The notes below the pieces were generated by a model. The model had not been told where the DNA came from, ran no database searches, and was given only the letters and a program-made list of their open reading frames with translations. Both the position numbers and the translations under genes were made by a program. Below, in pieces: positions 27,148-39,419 of a stretch of DNA of 64,000 nt. The DNA is taken from positions 1 through 64,000 of the forward strand of contig NMRA01000867.1 in NCBI GenBank assembly GCA_002633005.1, in the 5' to 3' direction. This DNA comes from Phoronis australis (taxonomy: Eukaryota > Animalia > Phoronida). The stretch's first letter is position 1, and each line of letters opens with the position of its first letter.

Positions 27148-27749
27148 TAAATGCATGTAGGATCACAGGAAAATGTCCAAATTTGGCTAATTTCTGAACA
27201 TCATTATTATCAGAAAATGACTGACCGGATTCAAACGAAGCAATTGGATATTTTATACACTGTTCTCTAAAACGATGTTAAGAAATTTTCCTCTTTTTAC
27301 ACGAGGGTCTATCAAAAAGACGAGTTTTATGATTTCACTCATGTTAGTAATTTCATTTGATTGACGAAACTCATTTTGTTTATAGAAAACAAAGAAAAGA
27401 ATATCTTTACCCGATACATAACATAAAAACGCGACAAAACGTCAGTAGATACCAATAAACTCCATCCGTTATGAAACTACAGTACGTGTAGATACATACA
27501 CGAACGATGAATTTTCTTCCAACAGTTCAGCTACATAATGCTGGATATTTTGAAAGGGACGTATATTCATTGTTAGTATTTGGTTGGCATTCAAATTCAT
27601 CTGATGTGGAAAATGTAAAGGGCCACGGAACGCGAAAACTGGTCAGAAATATCTTTTTAACAAGTGACGAAAGTACCATCTCGCAACGTCTACTACAGAT
27701 TTGGTAAATATAAAGACGCTGACGTTGGCCAATAGTGAATCAAATAAAC

Positions 27750-27833
27750 ACAGAAAAACCAGGAACGCCACTAGACTGGCAATCTAGAGACCAGTGGTTC
27801 GATTCCCAGTTGGGTTCCAGGTTTTTCTCTGTT
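27750..27833 (+). mobile_element. tRNA-derived SINE fragment (3' half of a tRNA fold) inside an inverted repeat
   Basis: Anticodon-like arm CTAGA-CTGGCAA-TCTAG at 27771-27787 and B-box GGTTCGATTCC at 27796. No A-box or D-arm. Confidence 0.5.
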
Positions 27834-29239
27834 CATTCGTCTACTACAGAGTTATTAACTTTCACCTGTGGGGGAATTTCCAGAAACAATAAAAAACTCA
27901 TGATTTTTGAAATACGAGCGAAGGGAAAACTCCGTAGTCACCACAAAGTTTCTAATCTCGCTACAATTATAAATGTGCGCATGCACTCACATTCCATTTT
28001 GTTGCAGATATTTTATCTTAAATATTGAAAAGAAAGTTTTGTCGTACTGCAAATGAAATTTGCGCTGGGCTCATGATGTTTGGTCGTTCGCGCCAGGGAG
28101 AACGAACCAAATGCCTAGAAAATTTTATTTTATGTGCTAAATATTCAAGATATGTAATTAACATCAATAGCAATTTAGGCGCCTAAATGATGTAATGTTA
28201 CGTCTATCTTGGGTATTTTAGTGGCTGGTGTGGTATTAGGGCATAGGACTTAAAACAACACACAGGTTGTGATCAAAGCCCCAAACTGGCGGCTCTGCAC
28301 GTTGTGGGCACACGTACTTGAAAAAAAAAACGGCCAAGAGAGCATACTGCAAGCAGCAAGCAACACTATTTTTCAAGCACAAAACTCCACAACATTTGAT
28401 GCACTTTTCAGTATGACTCCATAAAGTAACAATTTGGTTTTACAATCTAGTGTTGAAAAAAATGAAAATAGTGGCCAGATTCTGGAATCACACTTCAAAA
28501 TATTGGAGTCGGACAAAAAAGCAATACCCCGGGTCTGTAAGAATTGTGCCTCTGTGACTGTCCATGGTCGTGTGCACTCATTTCTGTGGCAAAACCATTT
28601 GTAAAATATTTTTTTAAAAATCTTTTTCGTGACGCGTGGCACGGAGTACTTTTAATTTGCCAATAAAAATGATGTCAGAGCGTTCAGACAAGCATGAAGC
28701 TCGAATTATTTATGTTGCTGTTCAAAGTAGTAGAAGCAACTCTACGATAGCGGGTCTTGACAGTCGTGAGTCACTCCGCTTGACGTGCTTGAATAAAAAA
28801 TATCTTGTCAAGTAATCAAATATAGCACCTAGTCCTCAACTTGTCAACAAATGAAGAAAAGTTGACAACTTTTGACCGCAAGACCAACCGTGACCCTTCG
28901 ACAAACTTCCACAGCCTTTTCTTTGGCAAGCGAGCTAGCTCAACGTAGACTGGCGTCAGAAATAATACTTGTTTATGCAGTTTTGTACGATCAATGCTGC
29001 CTTTTCTAACGACCTGTTTATTTGACCTCGATAGAAATAAAAAATGTTCAGCTCCTGCCAAAATGAAAGCACACCCGTTGTTTCTCCTATTTTTAGTTTA
29101 TTAAATTTGTGCATTATCTATACAAACTTTATTCATTTTTATTCGATTATAATTTTCAGGTGAAAAAAACGGGACTTTGACCCTTGCGACCATGGATCCA
29201 GGGCTGTCTATGCTAGTGACAAACGCGGGTCACTTGTCT

Positions 29240-29407
29240 AGAGACCACGACTGTAAAAGATCCGGATCTTTTACAGTCGTGGTCTCTTTCTTCGAAATTG
29301 GATCTTTTACAGTCGTGGTCTCTTTCTTCGAAACTGGATCTTTTACAGTCGTGGTCTCTTTCTTCGAAACTGGATCTTTTACAGTCGTGGTCTCTTTCTT
29401 CGAAATT
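29240..29407. repeat. 48-bp perfect palindrome followed by a 4 x 36-bp tandem repeat
   Basis: AGAGACCACGACTGTAAAAGATCC|GGATCTTTTACAGTCGTGGTCTCT. Unit GGATCTTTTACAGTCGTGGTCTCTTTCTTCGAAAYT at 29264, 29300, 29336 and 29372. Confidence 0.92.
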
Positions 29408-30536
29408 GGATATGAGTTGGGATGCAGGCCCGAAGGTTTACGCTACTCAAAAACTGCTATGTTGTTTACTAACTGTTGAACAGCGAGACGGAATAAAAAC
29501 ATACAAACGAAACACCAAGCCAATGGGATTGGATGAGAATCGAACACTGATACTAGACGGGCAGTCAAACCGTTGTTCATGCAACCGACCAAAGCCATTT
29601 TTAAGAATTTATAGGCTCATTACCGCATAATACTGATAAGCTTTGTCCGTGCTTGTGGTGCTTAGTAATCAACAAACAGGCATGACGGATGCGTTACAAG
29701 ATTGACCATGCAGTCTCGTATAGAAACATTATCCTCTCGAGAGCAAAGACACGAGAGAAAGGCTTTAAATACTACCCTGAAGTAAACCTTTAGCTCTGAT
29801 TGTTCCCACAGAATCGATAATGTTCAGCTAGCTAACTCACCACTGAAACTAGAGAATGATAGCAGAATCAGAGCCGATATGAGCAACACTCGACCCATAG
29901 CGTCTTTAGAGATCCGGAGTTGATACCTAGCTGTTCCGTGCTCGGCTTGGCTCCTGTTTCAGTTGAATAGCCAATCCTCAACGGGGTCACGTGATCAATT
30001 ACTATTGAAAGGTATGCGGTAAACAAGCTTCGATTTTTATTTACCTTCAAGACGGCCGATACCCGGAAGTTTTCTGTGCTTTGATACGTCGTAAAATGTA
30101 ACAATGCAGCAGTTGCTACATTTTATGTCATTGTTAAGTTTACATCGCTAAGCCTCTCCTAAAATGTAACAAGTTGATACACTTAACGTTTTTGTTACAT
30201 TTCATGTCTACTGCACGTGCGAGAAATGATAGGGTGGGGGACATTTGAGTATTTTTGGAACGAGTGGTGCCGCCTGAAAATTAGATACGTACACATTTAG
30301 AAAGTGGGCTCGGATAAAAGGTGACCAATTTAGAGAGTAATTTTGAGTAGAAATTCATTTTTGCACAATTCTATTCCGGAAATTCAGAAAAGGTGCCCTT
30401 TAGATAGCATTTTGTCGAAAATGGTACCATTCCGGGGAACATTTTTGCTCGTAAGAAAAGCACCTTTTGGCGGCACTTTTTGTATATGTCTTCTAGGAAT
30501 ACCCTCTGGGCTGACAAGGCATGAACTTGGCTAACC

Positions 30537-30654
30537 ATTATCATTATTACTATTAGTATTATTATTCTTGTTGTTATTGTTATTATTATTATTATAATTA
30601 GTAGTAGTGGTGGTGGTTGTAGCATCGTTAGTATTATTAGTATTAGTATTATTG
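30537..30654. repeat. Compound (ATT/AGT/GGT)n microsatellite
   Basis: Read directly from the sequence. Confidence 0.8.
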
Positions 30655-31507
30655 AGTTTATTTAACAAGAACGCAGTGCCTCATACACAATACATGCTTA
30701 GCTAAGTGCTACTACATCACGGTTCCCCTAAGTTTTACATTCATGGTGAAGTTGAGAATTTCCTCCAGAAAGGAATTTTTTGGCCATCTTGATCTGATAT
30801 TGATCGTGGATTCTCCTAATTTCACACATCTTAAGAAAGATTGGTCTCACGTACATTGCGATTTCCTTCATTGAATTGTTCAGTTTCCTATCACCATTTA
30901 AGATTGACACTTTGGACACAGCCACCATGTCCCTGCCAGTCTTCACGAATTCGGAGTCGAGTCCCATTCAGTCGTCTTACATTTAAAAACGCCGCTATTG
31001 GTCGCTGAAGTCCTGACCTGATGCTGTCCCTGCTTGAGACTGAATGTGTCGTTAGTTAGGTTGAAGATTCACGATTGGCAGTGATTGGAACTGAGCTCAT
31101 TTGTAAACAATGTAATCAATGTTTTAAGAACTATTCAACTTTTGTACGCCCTTTAAATAGTTACTAAATGGGCACAGATGCAATACTTTTCTCATGTCAG
31201 TTCCGACTCCGTCGTTAGTACACAAGGCAGAGTGTTGGAGTTTTGGTTTCGGAATTGTGGACATTCGAAATAGAGTGAATTTTCGAAGATTGCGAACCTT
31301 CGCAGTAACTTCGGAGTAGTGGACATTCGGAATAGTGACATGTAACCTTGGAAATCTTTTCCATCAAGTTTTTTGCTCGTATGACGCAGATTGACAAAAG
31401 AAGACTTTCTTCATTGACCAAAGTTTATATTAGGTCAAGACCTATTTTTCCCTAATAATATGAACGTGTTCGTCGGGGTTTTCTTAGTGCAAGAAAATAC
31501 GATAGCT

Positions 31508-31654
31508 CATGGGGGCGCAGCAATGAAAAAAGCGAGGCCTATATCCCCCCTGTGGTACACCGCCCCCCCCCCCGGCATAGACCATGGGCGGCCGCGCAGC
31601 ACTGAAAAAAGTGGGGACTATAGCCCCCCAACCCCCTATGGTGCGCCACCCATG
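31508..31654. mobile_element. ~145-bp MITE, family C, second copy
   Basis: CATGGG...CCCATG termini. Reverse complement aligns with 27006-27147. Confidence 0.6.
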
Positions 31655-32659
31655 TAGTTAAATGTCTGATTTTTGAGCACCGACGGGGACTGCCTGAGTG
31701 AATTTAATTATCATAGGCGTGTACTGAATTTAAAGGCCAAGTATGATGCCAAAATGACTATTTTTACATCTAAAACACATTTATTGATAAAAAAACATCA
31801 AAATAGTGTATCATAGCATACCCCAGTCGTTAATTAAGTAGGCCTTCGACAATACAGTAGCCCCATCACGAACCCCATTTAGCGCCAAAAAAAAACTTGA
31901 GACGGCACTTGCACTAATCGAAGTCTATGACATCATCGTTACAACGAATTTGTCTTTCACCGGTCTCCAGAGTATTGGAATCAGAGATGACTCGTTTTTT
32001 AATTTAATGCAAAATACGTGGAAAATCAAGGAAACATATTAATTTTTCATTTCATGTCAGTTAATATTAAAATTAATCAAAATCACTACCTTTAGAATTT
32101 TTATTCAATTATTTAACACACATTCTAATACGGGCCCGTATGGGAATCCCCGGGAGTGTGACTGGCGCCGTCGAAACAGCCGGAAAAACAAAACGATTCG
32201 TCTGAATTGTTATCAGCAACTTCCCAATGTTTATTATAAAGTGTAATTTGTTTGATACAAAAACTTAGATGCTAGTAACTTTCCAGTCATGTCTTTTTGA
32301 AGCCGAAGTTGTGAATGCTGCGCGATTCCAATACGGGCGACGGGCATAGACGACAACAGGCCATTTAATTTGGTGCAAAATACTTAGAAACGTTAGGCTT
32401 GCAACACATATCAGCATGATCTTTTCGTACAATGCAACTATAATCAAATTCATTGAAAATTTTATATTAGAAACTCAATTTTCAAAATAAGTCGCCTTGA
32501 AATGCTGCAACCCGTAATCGGTCAAGCTAAAAAAAATTGAAAAGTTAATAGCAACACAACATTGTGCGTGTCTGTAATCAATTAAAACTACGAAATAAAG
32601 TCTGCATTGCCTAGAAACATACCCAGTAATAAGAATTTGTAATCAAATGAACGTTTTAA

Positions 32660-34616
32660 AGACAGCGTCCAGCGGCTAAAACACCTTTTTGACACCAGAA
32701 CTGCATGTATTGTTCATAAGAAATATTGTTTTTGCTTCTTACATCCCACGGAAAGTAATGAATTGCGACGAAAATTACACCGCTCATAATTCGTAGCTCC
32801 TTCGAGCGCCCCAGAAAAAAATCTCAACCAATCAGCGTAAAGTGGTTCATATGACATCATCGTGGCCACGAATTTACTGGGGAGCTACACTGCGTAACAG
32901 GTGAGTGCCACTTCTTGGACGTTCTGCACTTGTCGATCTCTGGGCTAAAATGCCCCTTTGTGTGGTGTGCGGGTGTAGCAACGTCAGCGGCAAATTGATG
33001 GGATACATTTGCACAACTTCCCCACCGATCACGTCGTGTGCCGTGCGTGGAATAGATCCGTGTCCACGACAAGGCCTGGCGACAAACTTTCCCGATCGGC
33101 AAGATCTAGGCTTGGTGCAAAGCTGTATACAAAATCTACAGCTTCGCGTCGATGTGGGTAAAAAGGACTAAATAAAATCTGACGCAGAAATAGTGTCATT
33201 AAAAGCTGCACCGCTCTTTAAGTAAACCAAATAATTTACCGGTGTTGGAAGAATTATCGTTCTAGGCCTACGGGAACGACCCAAATCAGACAGAATATTC
33301 AGGATTTGGGCCGGATTCCCAATACTCTGGGCCGGAACAGTGACACGAAACGTCGAAGTGCACACTGCAGATTTTTTGTAGTCAACTAGCTAGCTGTTTG
33401 AAGGCTATCGCCAAAATACAGCTAGGTAACACTGTGACTTGAGCTCTGTTAAACCATACACCATAGACTGTAGTATATCACGAAATTTCATAGGCCTACC
33501 TACAGACCGGGTATGAGTTGTGTTAGTCAACTCCGTCGTGAAACTCATTATATCGCAGAGCCAACGACCGGGATGCATGCAAACTCTGGGAGACAATCGG
33601 CGGACACTCACCTTGCCCGTTCAGTGCCAGTCGTTTAAGGGAAGAACAATCTAATAAACGTCATTTTCTAGCATTACTCTCGGCCTTTTGAGTTTTCTAA
33701 CAAAGAAAGTCTGTGCCTTTTTGAAACAGTACGCTCGTGAAACGGCCACGCGCCGTACTGCGACTACTTTTGGGACATGATAACAGCTTCGCAGCAGTAA
33801 AGTTTGTTCTAAATTCGGTTTGTTGGTCTTAAAAATGCTAATAACTTGTAACGAAATGAGACCAGTTCAGACAATTCGTTGTGACAGTGCTCAACCTCAT
33901 GGCAGCAAAGAACAGTTGATTTAAAAGAAACTGTTCAGGTCAGGTGACGTAATCGCCAAACGCCGACTCACAAGAGCGCACTTCAATGTTAGCAGTAGAT
34001 GAGCGGTATAGTAGGCCTAGAACAATAATTCTTCCAACACCGGTAAATAATTTGGTTTACTCAAAGAGCGGTGCAGCTTTTAATGACACTATTTTTGCAT
34101 CAGATTTTATTTAGTCCTTTTTACCCACATCGACGCGAAGCTGTAGATTTTGTATGCAACTTTACACCAAGCCTAAATCAGATCTTGCCGATCAGGAAAG
34201 TTTGTCGCCAGGCCTTGTCGTGGACACGGATCTATTCCACGCACGGCACACGACGTGATCGGTGGGGAAGTTGTGCAAATGTATCGCATTGCCGCCGACA
34301 TTGCTACACCCGCACACCACGCTAAGAGGCATTTTAGCCCAGAGATCGACAAGTGCAGAACGTCCAAGAAATGGCACTCACATGTTACGCAGTGTGGCTC
34401 CCCAGTAAATTTGTGGTCACGATGTCATATGAACCACTTTACACTGATTGGTTGAGATTTTTTCTGGGGCGCTCGAAGGAGCTACGAATTATGAGCGGTG
34501 TAATTTGCGTCGCAATTAATTACTTTCCGTGGGATGTAAGAAGCAAAAACAATATTTTTATGAACAAAGATGCATTTCTGTTGTCAAAAAGGTGTTTTAA
34601 CCGCTGGACGCTGTCT
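32660..34616. mobile_element. Fold-back Kolobok-like DNA transposon with ~610-bp inverted arms, each with a decayed THAP start
   Basis: Arms 32660-33271 and 34011-34616 are reverse complements (roughly 90% identical by eye). Termini AG...CT with TTAA on both flanks (32656-32659, 34617-34620). Arms encode MPLCVVCGCSN... (ATG 32950, +) and MPLSVVCGCSNVGGNAIHLHNFPTDHVVCRAW (ATG 34332, -). Confidence 0.8.
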
Positions 34617-36459
34617 TTAAATGAATGGAAACGCACACACGTATATACGCATGCATGTCATCCACCAATTCACAACCAACGAGGCCGGAAATTTGAGAAT
34701 GTTTGCTACTTACTTTTTGCTATATTGCTTCTTGGTCGATTTTACGACGTTCACACGGAACTACCTTTTGGGAACTCTCTCGCTGCTATACATGTATAGC
34801 CTATTTAGGTATAGACAATTTGGCAGATTGTCACCCACCTTTACACTGAGTTCAACATATTATGTAACTTGTGTAATATCCGATATCTGTAGTTTAGTTT
34901 GTCATAATATATATAACCTTTTATCTCATCTACACGTGTTATTTCACTAGCTTCGGTATCGCTTCGCAGTTAGCGCATATAAAGACATTTACAACTGTAC
35001 TTCTACAATAGACTCCCGTGTTACCCTATGTTGTAACAATCACGCGCGTTCAATGCATAACATAAAGCCTCCTCTAATCGTCTGCACGATCCTATCATCA
35101 AGCACCATTCGGACGAAGTTGACCGGGTACGGCCCGATAATTACGTGAACTAAATTCAAAATTATTAGTGACTTAGCTATCACTGTATAGTAGTACCAGT
35201 AACTGCAACAATTTTGTTGTTGACTATCTATATCCCATCTTCAACGGATAGGTCGGGGCTGGACCTTTTCCGCGGGGGGGGGGNNNNCCCCCCCCCCCCC
35301 CCCGGCTACGGGCCTCATGATCTGTGTAGGAGATTGACTCGAGACTAAGGTAACTTTCCAATTAGAATTCATTTTCCACAAAATTCCCCTCTAAGAAGGC
35401 GCAAGCACCGTTTTCATTTAGGTGAGGACAGCCCGGTAGCTACACATGTTTACAAAATTTAATGTGTGTTTTTCTAGCCAATTGTATCCTTGGAAAACAT
35501 GCATTTCGGTTCCATAACATAGGTTTGGGTGCACCACTTTATCCAATATGTCACTACACGCGGTTGAAATATAGATAATTTTCGGCAACCTTTATAACGT
35601 GGTCTGGCAAGGCCTGAGTAGCAATAATTTTGGAGTGAACTCAACACCTTAAGGTTCTTTTACTGGAAGCCACTTCAAAATACCACTTCTCACCATTTCT
35701 CAAAGGCCACTCCCCATTTCTGAACACCATAAACTAGGTTTTCATTTAATTTTCAGACACACCCTATTCCTAGCAAAATTTATCTTCAAGTGAAAGTAGT
35801 TAATCTGGTCGAGTCAGCGCAGCTACATGTATATCTAATAGATGGCATATGGCCAAGACATTTTGACTTAGAAAAATACAATCATCATCACAAGAATAGA
35901 CATAGTCTTCAAATTCGTTTAAATACAAAGTAAGCAAAAGAGGACTTAACAAACATCTTTGTCCAGCACCACTAATACGAAAAAAAAGTTATACTGTCCA
36001 ATGTTCTCACAATTGGTGAAAAATTCTCTCTAATACTTAGGAAAATCCATGAACGATGTCTTTTGTTCCTAAACATACTTCTGGACTGTTGTTTGATCAG
36101 CAGTGCTGTATCCTTTTCGGAACAAAAAGTAAGTACTATGTTGTTTGTTTCAGTCGTCAGGAAAGGTTGGTTTGTCAACCAAACTCAAACAGAAATTGCA
36201 CGATCAGCATGATGCCATCTCCACCTTCACAACAGAAAACTGGACAAAGTTGAGATCTGCACAAAATCAAAGAAACCCAAAAGTCTACCAGCATCAGGTT
36301 GGTTTTCAAATTAACTATATTCACCTCGTGCAAAATTGCTACTAAAGGATGCCACAGTAGTCAAATTCATCCCAAAATCAGCATCAACTGTACTTTCTTC
36401 AATAGGAACAAATACACCTAACTCCATGAAGACCCATCAAAGAACTTTGTATGTATTCG

Positions 36460-37078
36460 GACAAAGGACCAAGGTGGCGTGACTGCCTCATAAACAAGAT
36501 CCAGAACATTGCGCAAATTTGCTAAAAAAGTTTGCAAAAAAGGTAACTTACAAAAAATGGGTTACTAAGCATGTCCGATATTACAAAATAATGTCATGCT
36601 TTATCCTTCTGAGACAGAGACAAGAATAGAATTGTCACTAGAGGGTGCCACAGTATTGAGCCCCACCAGACAATCAACATCAGTCATGATCATTTCAATA
36701 AAAGCACATCTGCAAAACTTCATGACGAACAGAGACAGACACCAAAAACACAATATGTTGAATTCGTCTGCAATTGAAAATGTGTTGTTGCCGTATCAAT
36801 AAAAACCTACATGTCAAATTTTATAAAAATCTGTCAAGGAACTTGTTAGATACGGAAGCAAACATAAAAAAATAAAATTGCCACTAGGAAGCACACAAAT
36901 ACTTGACTCAGTGCGAAAATCCCTGTTGCCTTTATTGCACTTCATAGCAACACAAATGTTTAGCAAATAATATTAACATCCTTTAAACCTCTTAAGAGAC
37001 ACAGCTGCAGATGCCGGATGTCCAGACAGAGATGACAACAGGGCACACCTACGTAATATATGTGGGTGTGCATTAAAA
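36460..37078 (+). mobile_element. HINE-like element, diverged relative of 14171-15180
   Basis: Shared GYCACTAG...CACAGTA cores at 36634 and 36880, and a 3' CAC.CC.AC...ATATGTGGG hairpin with an A-rich end. Confidence 0.4.
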
Positions 37079-37696
37079 GATTTACAACACCTGCACAATG
37101 AATGAAGTGAAATGAAATGAGCTTGAAATTAAACTATATTGCAAAAGGAGGGATCCATAGACAACAGAAAGATGCTGACAAGAAGACAGTGTTCTGCCTT
37201 ATGCCTCATCATTGGAGTCTTTCTGTAGGCTTCAGCTTGCTTCTTTGACATATGTGGAGGCATCAGCTATATATGTGATTTACTACTGTTTACAGGTCTA
37301 GACATGATTCAGTTCAGGAAAAGTAACAATCACATACTTTCATCCTAAGCATCATTCTACCATCTTAACATCCCTCCTTTCGCAGAATATAATTAAAAAA
37401 AACTTTTTGTTTCCTTCCGTTTCGCTTCAATTTGTGGAATAAAACTTACTTGGCAAGAACATTTCTTCTAACAATTCCATTGAGGCAGTATCTGGTTTGG
37501 TTACCATGAATATTACATAAGTTCAATGGAAACTTACAGTCCATTCTTCAGGTAATTTATATAATTATGCAAGTATACACAAGCTCTATTATTACCAAAT
37601 AGGGCAAGAATTTTCCACTTGTTCTAGGCGTCTGACAATACCACGTGTTCCTGACACTGCCAAAAATGTTAAGGAAAACCACAAATATCATGACAA

Positions 37697-39385
37697 TCAC
37701 AGACTAATATTGCAGCTCCCAGTGATGGTGAATCTTGACTTGAGGACATGTGATCCCACACTACGCGTCTGATTGGGCTGTTGTCCTCCAGCGTACACAG
37801 TAATATCTCCTGGAAAACGTGTATCGTGTTTGTTACAGTACAGTCATACAGTTATTTTAATGGACGCAACGTTTGGAATAGGGTTCACATATATGTCTAA
37901 ACTTGAAACAATGGTGAAATGAAATAACAACACTATGTTTCTACATCTACTAACTCAGGCTTGTACTTGTTCAAGAATAAATTCAAAAGCTGATAATTAA
38001 ATTTCACTGTTTTTGGTGATAAAAAGACCAAGAGGTTATTGTGCAGGAGTCATTACTATCTTTTGGAGGGCTAAGTGCAAGAGATACGTGAGCCATGCCT
38101 GAAGACAAGGGTGGGTGCAAATGCACCCACACCAGTAGCTGTGGTCCAGGCATCAGAGAAAATCACACACTAAGCACACTGTCACAACTACCCATTGCAG
38201 CAGCTAGCCATGGGCAAAAAACAACTCGTGATTGGACCCATAATTGTGTAACCTGGCTGCAACACTGAATTCAATGGATACTTTTTAGACATAAATGTTG
38301 ACCAACCTACTGTGGCAAGATATGTTTCTTGCCAGTGGATTGTATTTTAGTGGAGTCATACGGTGTGCTGGTTTTTGCTACCCAATATAGAACATTTACT
38401 TGCATTTGCCAAGACATCATGAGAAAGTTTGCCATACTAATCATAATCTTGGGTGATCTTGATAAACTCAAAAAGCTATCTAAACCAAACACAACTCAAA
38501 TTAAATGCTGTATAAACAAAAAAGTGCACTCAACATGAAAAGCCAATTAGAACAAACGGCCACGTCACTGGCCCAACACACACAGAACATTATTAATCAT
38601 GGTGAAACTTCCAAGTAATGATACATGTACCTGGCTGGACTTGAAATCCAACAGAATCAACCCAGACAGACATTTGGCGTGCAGTGATGTTGAACTGTAC
38701 CTCAACAGTACCAGGATTATGAATCCATACTCGTCGAAAACCAACGAGCTGCCATTTTGGAGTTGGCACAGTAGCATTGGTCCATGAAATATACAACTGC
38801 ACCACCTATGTGAATAAAAACAGTTATTAGTATTTATTGACACGAAAGGAACAAATCACAATACAAAGTATAATCTCATTAAATCAGTTTTTGGCCACCA
38901 TAAGATTAAAAACCAGACGATCACAAATGTAAGACACAATATGGTGGACAAGTAAAATATAATTTTTTCAATTTTCCACAAAAAAGTAGTACCAGACAAG
39001 TGTTTAATAGTTTAAAAGTGCCATGCCATGATTATCTACCATCAAACACTTTTTTGGAAAATTGGGCATTTGCAGCTTTAGAAACCTTTGAAAAATGGAT
39101 TGGGTCAACTTTGGCAATTATTGTTATCCAAAATTGTTGAGATAGTACCACATGTGAGAGTGTGCAAGAATCTAACAGTGAACTTTAATAAGAGTCACAA
39201 ATCTTATTTAGTAAGCACGGTAGCCTTGGGCAACATACACAACGTTAAGATATCCTTTGTACAAAACATGCTGAAGAGTCACAGATGTCTGCAACTTCCC
39301 AATCAGACAAAAACAGTACTTTTGCTAAGATAGAGTGCACGGACAATAATAGTAGTTTGACTGCTCCCTTCCACCTCTTGGCACC

Positions 39386-39419
<34 letters not shown>

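Noticed and set aside
27771-27819. Functional tRNA-Ala gene
   Set aside because: The 5' half (acceptor 5' strand, D-arm, A-box) is absent; treated as SINE-derived.
29264-29407. 36-bp repeats as a CRISPR array
   Set aside because: The repeats are head-to-tail with no unique spacers, there are no cas genes, and the context is eukaryotic.
30728-30967. 79-aa minus-strand ORF as the first exon of the orphan gene
   Set aside because: Only a weak donor (GTAAAA), 14 kb away, with no signal peptide or homology clue.
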